Shown here: in pieces, positions 55,061-64,000 of the stretch
Layout of the letters: every line of letters starts with the position of its first letter
Position numbering within the stretch: position 1 is the first letter of the stretch
Source of the DNA: the human T2T-CHM13v2.0 reference genome, Homo sapiens
Assembly: GCF_009914755.1 (NCBI RefSeq)
Contig: NC_060930.1
Length of the DNA: 64,000 nucleotides
Reading direction: 5' to 3' (one strand)
Translations under genes and position numbers: made by a program
Notes under the pieces: model-generated
The model's database searches: none
Seen by the model: the letters and a program-made list of their open reading frames with translations, nothing else
Told to the model about the DNA's origin: nothing

Positions 55061-58000
55061 CTAAAATTGGCCACACACTTAGCTATAAAAAAACTCAACC
55101 AAGTTTAAAAAATTTGATATCATACGAAACACACTGACAGACCACAGTGCAACAAAAATGAAAATTAGTACCAAGAAGATCTCTCAAAACCGTGAAATTA
55201 AATGGAAATTAAACAATCTGGTCCTGAATGAATTTTGGGTGAACAATGAAATCAAGGCAGAAATCAAAAAATTGCTTGAAACTAATGAAAATAAAGATAT
55301 GACATACCACAATCTCTTGCACACAGCTAAAGCGTTGTTAAGAAGAAAGTTTATAGCACTAAACATACACATCAACAAGTTAGGAAAATCTCAAATTAAC
55401 AACCTAAAATCACATCCAGAGGAACTGGAAAAACAAAAGCAAACTAACCCAATAGCTAGCAGAAGAAAATAGATGTCCAAAATTAGAGCTGAACTAAATG
55501 AAATGAAAATGAGAAAAACAAACAGAAGATCAACAAAGGCAAAACTTTGTTATTTGAAAGAATAAATAAGATTGTTGCATTGGAGGTGGTGTTAGCTTGG
55601 TGGGTGCTAACTAGACTAATAAGGAAAGAGGAAAAGATACAAATTAACACAATCACAAATGACAAAGGGACCATTACCACCAACAATACAGAAATATAAA
55701 AATTTTACTGGGAGCTATTATGAACACTTCCATGCATACAAACTGGAAAACATAGAAGTAATAGATAAATTCCTAACAACATACAACCTCTCAAGATGAA
55801 TCAGGAAGAAACTGAAAACCAAACAGACCAATAATGAGTTCAAAAAATGAATGAATTAAAAAAAAATCTTACCAACCTGAAAATGCCTTGGATCAGATGG
55901 ATTCATAACCAAATTCTACCAGAAGACAAAAGAAGAGCTGATACCAATGCTATTGAAATGATTACAAAAAATCAAGGAGGCGGGATTCCTCCCTAACTCC
56001 TTCTATGAGGCCAGCATCATTCTGATACCAAAACCTGGAGAGGCACAGTAAAAAAAGAAATATTATAAAAAAGACACAATAAAAAAGAAAGCCAATATCT
56101 CTGATTAACATGGAAGCAAAAATCCTCAATAAAATACTTGTAAAACAAATCCAAAAGAACATCACAAAACTAATTCACATGAGTGCATAGGCATTATTCC
56201 TAGAATTAAAGTTTGGTTTAACATAAGCAAACTTATAAATGTGATTCATCACATAAATAGAATTATAAACAAAAACCAAAGGAAGATCTCAATAGAAACA
56301 GAAAAGGCTTTTGATAAAATCCAACATCCCTTCATGTGAAAACCCCTAAAGGACTAGGCATTAAAGAAACATACTTCAAAATACGAACAGCCATTTATGG
56401 TAGACCCACTGTCATACTGAATGGGCAAAAGCTAGAAGCATTCCCCATGAGAACTAGAACCAGACAAGGATGCCCATTCTCACCACTTCTATTTAACATA
56501 GTACTAGAAGACCAAGATGGAGCAATCTGGTAAGAGAAATAAATAAAAAGTACCCAAATAGGAAGAAAGGAAGTGAAACCATCTTTTTTTTGTAGATGAT
56601 ATGATTCTATACTTAGAAAACCATATAATTTCTACCCGGAATCCTACATTTGATAAACGACTTCAGCATGCTTTAGGATAAAGAATCAAGGTGCAAAAAT
56701 CAGCAGCATCTATACACCAATAATGGCAAAGCTGAGAGCCAGATCAAGAACACAACCTCATTCACAATAGACACACACACACACACACACACACCTGGGA
56801 ATACAGGTAACATGAGAGGTGAAAGATGTCTAAAATCAGAATTAAAAACACTGTTGAAAGAAATCAGAGATGGCACAAACAAATGGAGAAACTTTCCATG
56901 CTTATGGATAGTAAGAATCAATATTATTAAAATGGCTATATTGCCCAAAGCCATTCATAGATTCAATGCAATTCTATCAAAAATTACCAATGATATATTT
57001 ACAGAATAAAAAAAAACTATTCTAAAATTTATTTGGAACCAAAAAAGAGCCCAAATAGCCAAATCAATATTAAGCAAAACCAGTAAAGCCAGAGGCATCA
57101 CATTGCCCATATTCAAACTATGTTATAAGATTACATTAACCAAAGTAGTATGGTACTGTTACAAACAAACACCTAAACCAATGGAACACGATAGAGAATG
57201 CAGAAACAAAATTATGCAACTACAACTATCTGATCTTCAACAAAGCCAACAATAAAAATCAATGGAAAAAAATTCACTGTTCAATAAGTTGTGCTGGATA
57301 AATGGCTAGCCATATGCAGAAAATTGAAACTGGACCCCTAATTTTCACCATATACAAAAATAAAATCAACATGGAGTAAAGACTTAGTTGTAAAACCTAA
57401 AACTATAAAATCTCTAGAAGAAAACCTGGGAAATACCATTCTGGATATTGGCCGTGGCAAAGACTTTGTGATGAAGACATCGAAAGCAATTGCAACAGAA
57501 ATAAAAATGGAGAAATGAGACCCAATTAAATAACTTCTGCAAAGCAAAAGAAAAAATCAAAAGTAAACAGACAACCCACAGAATGGGAGAAAATATTTGC
57601 AAACTATGTATCCCACGAAGAACAAATAACCCATAATCTATAAGGAACTTAAATTAACAAGCAAAAGACAAACAGCCCCATAAAAAAGGCAAAGGACATG
57701 AACAGATACTTCTTAAGGGAAGACATACACATAGGCACAAGCATAACAAAATGTTCTCAACATCATTAATCATTAGGGAAATTCAAATCAAAACCACAAT
57801 GAGATACCATCTGACACCAGTCACAATGGCTATTACTAAAGAGCCAAAGAAACAGATGCTGGTGAGGTTGTGGAGAAAAGAAAACACTCATACACTGTTG
57901 GTGGGAATGTAAATTAGTCCAATCATTGTGGAAAGCATTATGGTGATTCCTCAAAGAGCTAAAGGCAGCACTACCATTCGAGTTAGTAATCCCATTACTG

Positions 58001-58103
58001 GGTATATACCCAAAGGAATATAAGTCGTTCTATTATAAAGACACACGCATGTGTATGTTCATTGCAACACTGTTCACAATAGCGAAGACACTGAATCATC
58101 CTA

Positions 58104-58134
58104 TGGGTTGGCAATTACATTTGTGCCAATTTAA
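58104..58134. mobile_element. Internally deleted MADE1 (Hsmar1 MITE) remnant
   Basis: 31-bp insert tgggttgg-caattacatttgtgccaatttaa flanked by TA/TA inside the L1 ccTAaatg. Confidence 0.7.
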
Positions 58135-58530
58135 TAAATGTCCGTCAGTGGTTGGCTAGATAAAGAAACTGTGGTACATATACACCATGGAATACTACAC
58201 AGCCATAAAAAAGAATGAAATAATATCCTTTTCAGCAACATGGATGGAGCTGGAGGCCATTATCCTAAGTGAATTAATGCAGAAACATAAAACCAAATAC
58301 TGTCTTTTCTCACTTATATTTGGTACAAATGAACACAAAGAAGGGAACAATAGACACCAAGGTCTACTTATGGGCAGAGGATGGGAGGAGAGTGAGGTTT
58401 TAAAAACTGTCGAGTAGTATGCAGATTACCTGAGTGACAAAATTAACTGACACAATTTACCCATGTAACAAACCTCTACATGAAACCCTTGAATCTAAAA
58501 TAAAAGATGGAAAAAAGCAAAAAAAGAGAA

Positions 58531-59480
58531 ATAGAAAAATAATTCTAAAATTGATATGGAATCAGAAAAAACCCAGAACAGCCAAAAACATCCTGAGCAA
58601 AAAGAACAAAACTAGAGGAAGTATGTTACTTGACTTCAAATTATACTACAGTGCAATAGTAACCAAACAGCATGGTACTGGCATAAAAGCAGACACAAAG
58701 ACCAATGGAACAGAATAGAGAAGCCAGAAATAAATTCATAACAGTGAATTCATATAAACAGAAGTACCAAGAGACTTTATTGGGAAAAATACAGTCTCTT
58801 AAATAAATAGTGCAGGGAAAACTGAATACCCCATATGCAGAAGAATGATGTACATTCTGCATATTCCATATGCAGAAGAATGATGTACATTCTGCATATT
58901 CCATATGCAGAAGAATGAAACTAGACTTTCACCATGTACAAAAAAAAATCGAAATTAATTAAAGACTGAAATCTAAGACCTGCAACTACTAAACTATGAA
59001 AGACATTGCTCTGGGCAAAGATTTTTTGAGTAATACCCCAAAGCACAGGCAACCAAAGCAAAAATGGACAAATGGAATCACATCAAGGGTAAAAGATTCT
59101 ACATAGCAAAGGAAACAATCAACAAAGTGAAGATACAACTCACAGAATGGGAAAAAAAAGTATTTGCAAACTATTTATCTGACAAGGGATTAATAATCAG
59201 AATCTATAAGAAGCTCAAACAACTTTATGTTAAAAAATCTAATAATCTAATTAATAAATAGGCAAAATATCTAAATAGACATTTCTCCAAGAATAATACA
59301 AATGGCAAACAGGTATATTCAAAGGTACCCAACAGCACTGAGTATCAGATAAATGCAAATTAAAACTACAATGAGATATCATCTCACCCCAGTTAAAACG
59401 GCTTTTATCCAGAAGACAGGCAATAATGTACCCCATAAATATATACACATAATATGTACCCATAAAAATTCAAAAAGAAA
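58531..59480 (+). mobile_element. L1MA (MA2-like) ORF2 3' part and terminus with internal deletion
   Basis: aacagcatggtactggcataaaa, atggacaaatgg.atcacatcaag; jump caataa|tgtaccccataaatatatacac. Confidence 0.85.
58831..58918. repeat. 35-bp tandem repeat x2.5 with internal inverted repeat
   Basis: ccatatgcagaagaatgatgtacattctgcatatt at 58831 and 58866, partial at 58901. Confidence 0.95.
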
Positions 59481-59579
59481 TTAGATCACTTCTGTTGAAA
59501 GTTAACACAAATTTATTTCAGTACAGATGGCTTCTGAATTCACTGAGAAAATTACATAGCTTTTTTTCTTTATTTTTGA

Positions 59580-60250
59580 AATTTCATATCATGCATGAAT
59601 TTGAGAAATAAATTCCATGGATCTTGATAGATTATCATTTTTACATATCATTTCTTTTCATAAATCTCCTGTTATATATTACATGAGTTTGTTTAGGAAT
59701 TTACTATATTTACCCATGAGATAAGTATATGTACATATAGATATTTGACTTTTGTCTTTTTATAATGTCTGTCAGATTTTAGTTTCAAGGTTATGATGGA
59801 TTTATAAAATACCTTGCAAATTTTTTTTTAATTTTCTTTTATTACCTGGGAAGTTGGGGGTAAGATTGGTGTTATTTCTTTTTTCAATGATTGAAATAAT
59901 TCAATGGTGAATTTACTTTGCTGGTGATTTTTTTATGAATAAAGCTTAATAATGGATTAAATTATCTTAATTTTGTAATTGCATATTTTCATGATTTCTG
60001 TAAATTTTATAACATTGTATTTTGAAGCAATTTTTCATTTTAAGTTTGTTGACAAATTTATCATAAGCATAGGTTCATAATATTCATAATATTATTAATT
60101 TTGTATATTTGTAGGCTGTGTTGTGGCTTTTATACTGAAAGTAAGAATTATTTTAACAATTTCATTGATTTTAGAGTAATCTACCCAGGGATTTATCAAT
60201 TTTTTAAATGTATTCAAGAAACAACTCATGCCTTTGTTGATATGCTATAT
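59580..60250 (-). mobile_element. L1ME ORF2 continuation
   Basis: tgtcagattttagtttcaaggttatg, gtaagattggtgttatttctt, atttatcaattt...tcaagaaaca. Confidence 0.7.
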
Positions 60251-60366
60251 TTAAATATTTAATTGATTCACTATTTTATATTTATATATTTTTTATTTTG
60301 CTGTTTTTATATTATTACTTATTTTTATGTTTTATCTACAATTTTACTAATCATCAAGATTACTAG

Positions 60367-60727
<361 letters not shown>

Positions 60728-61318
60728 TAAGCCCGTATTTTAATAAATAAATATATAATATAATATAAAAGCCCAGAAAGGTAGTATGCTTTCTGAAAAT
60801 AGTCATATCTATCTATGCATCTAACTATAAATCTGTTTAATTTTACAGTAATTATACTGAAATACATTAAAGTTAATTGGAATACAGGCATTATTTTTTA
60901 GAAAAAATATATGACAAGTGTACCAAGTTTCTTAAAGAGAATTGATTTTCTCTTTATTTCCCTTATATTTCATATTGTCCTTATGTTTCAAGGTTAATAA
61001 TACTTGAGCTCCATGTTATGCTAACCTCTGAGAACATGACCCAGGAATTACATAATGAATTTTATGTTTGGGGAAGCTCATATGTCTGAACCATTTCAAT
61101 GTAATATGATATATTAAAGATCTCTGGTCATATATAAAAATAACTATGCCATCTGTAACTTAATATTTCTCTATACTAATGCTAAAATGTAAAAGTGGTA
61201 GTCGTTTGGACCATTTAAAAAAATAAACTCCAGATGTTGTAGTGGGTTAAGACCATCATCAGTTTCAGATTTTTCACTGTAATTGTACCTGTGATTCTTC
61301 CCTTTTAAAATTGGCTGG

Positions 61319-61694
<376 letters not shown>

Positions 61695-61855
61695 TTACAG
61701 AGAACAAAAGTAAATGTGACTTAGGAGGAACTAAGCATTTTATTAAAAATACACTTGGTATAAAAGAGATGTATAGTAAGACACTATTGACAAAAATAAT
61801 ACATCTGCAAACAATTGTACAGAATTTATCTTCACAGTGCCAAACTACTTTAGAG

Positions 61856-62031
61856 TCTAGATAGTCAATTTGACTATCTAGATATATAGCCTAAATAGTC
61901 CAGTTGACTAGAAGGATATATATCATTCCAATATATATAGATCTAGATCTAGATGTAGATCTAGGTATATATGCTTCTAATATATATAGATAAAGATATA
62001 GTCAACTAGACTAACTAGACTATATATCTAG
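61856..62031. repeat. Nested inverted-repeat / palindromic block
   Basis: 13-bp perfect arms at 61856-61882; 33-bp arms at 61878-61910 / 61999-62031 (29/33 complementary). Confidence 0.85.
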
Positions 62032-63049
62032 GTAAAGGAAATACCTCCTTCCAATATTCCTTTACTTAAAATTAACATGATAAAACTATGAATTTTCAAA
62101 TCTACTTTTATATGTTGTCCTTTCTACCAAGGAAAGATTCATTTACATATAGCATTTTAGTTGATTTTAGAAACCAGTATTTTTGTTACAATTTTATATT
62201 ATTACTGTTATAATGACTTAGGTCTATTCCATTAATAATTTATAAAATGATACTTCTTATAGGTTACAATGTGACATGCCTGTGCCCCCACCCCCAAATT
62301 TTACAATCTGTGGTAATTTAATTGTTAAAAAGCAACAGCAATATCTACATTTACATCTAACAAGGAGGAGGCATGTGAAAGTGCATGCATGCATATATAA
62401 CATGTACTTAGATTTATATATGCAAATTTTAGTAATTAGTTTTCCAGTGGATATTCTTTCTAAATTGCATTTTTGTTTTTATTTTCAACACAAGTCAAAG
62501 TATATTTTAAAATATTTTTGTTTCCAGGCAAAACAAAATTGGTAAGATTTATGTTGCTTTTGTCCATGTTTGTGATGTCATGCCATTATTCCATCAAAAG
62601 CTCTGATTTCTATCAAGATGTAAAAGTGAGTGAACCAACATATGGATGCTTATGAATACAGATACATTAAAAGGACTAGATGCATCCCTAGTAAATGGTT
62701 TCTTGTGTTACTAATAGAGCATTAGCATAAGAACCTTCAAATCACTAGATCATGTTGATGCTCTCAAATAACTTGCAATATCTTTCCACATAAACACACT
62801 ATACAGTATATAATTCTGTATGTTGTACTATATACTATTGTAAACAGTATAATTAAATTGCATCATAGACAAATCAAACTACTCTATTTCAAGAAATTAT
62901 TAAAAAGTTTTCATAACCAAAACAGTATGGTATTGGCAAAAGAATGAACAAATACATCAATGAGTAAAAGTAGAGCATCCAGAGTTGGACCCCCACAGAC
63001 AACTAATTTTATACAGAGTGCCAAAGTAATTCAGTATAGTACAGGTACT

Positions 63050-64000
63050 CTCCATGATGAAGCAGGCTTTATTCCTGAGATGCAAGGTTTGTTCAACATA
63101 TGCAAATCAATAAATGTGATTTACCATCTTATCAGAATTAAAAAATGATCACCTCAATGGATGCAGAAAAAGCTTTCAATAAAATCCATCATTATTTCAT
63201 GATAAAAACTCTCAACAGACTAGGCATTGAAGGAATATACTTCAAAACAATAACAGCCTTCCATGGGAAACCCACAGCCAACATTATACTGAACAGGCAA
63301 AAGTTGGAAGCCTTTTACTTAAGACAAGGAACAAGACAAGGATGCCCAATCTCACCACTCCTATTCAACATAGTACTAGAAGTCCTAGCCAGAGCAACCA
63401 GGCAAGTGGAAGACATAAAAAGTATGCAAATAGAACAAGAAGCCAAATTATCTCTCTTCACTGATGATATAGTTCTGCATATAGAAAACCCTGAAGACTG
63501 CATCAAAAGGCTCCTAGAACTTCAGGAAATTTCAAGACACAAAATCAATGTACAAAAATCAGTAGCGTTTCTATACTCTAATGATGTTCAAGCTAAGAAC
63601 CAAATCAAGAATGCAATCCCACTGATAATAGCCACACAAAAGCAATCCTAGGAATAGAGCTAACCAAGGAGGCAAGATCTTTGCAAATAGAACTACAATG
63701 CACTGCTGAAAGAAATCATAGATAATGCAAACAAATAGAAAAACTTTCCATGCTCAAAGACTGGAAAAATAAATATCATTAAAATGACCATACCATCCAA
63801 AGACATTTACAGATTTAATGCTATTCCTCACAAACTACAAACATCAATTAGAAAAAAAAAAAAACTATTTAAAATTTATCTGGAACAAAAAAAGAGCCCA
63901 AGTTGCTAAAGCAATCCTAAAAGAAGAACAAAGCTGGAAGAATCATACTACCCGGCTTCAAGCTATACTGTTAGGCTATAGCAACCAAAACAGCTTGCTA
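63050..64000 (+). mobile_element. L1PA/PB ORF2 (RT region), 5' truncated, runs off the window
   Basis: ORF 63145-63651 ...DAEKAF.KI.H.FMIKTL...[18 protein letters not shown]...SLFTDD (FADD motif altered). Confidence 0.92.

Noticed and set aside
63145-63651. Functional reverse transcriptase CDS
   Set aside because: 5'-truncated L1 ORF2 fragment with flanking frameshifts and an altered FADD motif

Overview
AT-rich primate genomic DNA, probably human or another catarrhine because AluY-type elements are present. It reads as intergenic or deep-intronic. I see no credible protein-coding gene, RNA gene, CpG island or CRISPR array. The ORF-track entries are fragments of transposon ORFs (Tigger1 transposase, L1 ORF1/ORF2), Alu or simple-repeat translations, or short ORFs with no recognisable similarity. 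Roughly half or more of the window is interspersed repeat: L1 copies of many ages, 10 Alus, a near-complete Tigger1, Tigger2a, MER33, MER94, a MADE1 remnant, MaLR/ERV LTRs (MLT1, THE1D, MER52), L2 and MIR. Subfamily names come from my recall of consensus sequences and the boundaries are approximate. I cannot support a new biological system here. The most notable unexplained structure is a set of fold-back or template-switch signatures (10628-10704, 13890-13967, 58831-58918, and a nested palindrome at 61856-62031). Also notable are two deep nests of transposons with deletion junctions and candidate RFX X-box motifs in unique DNA.
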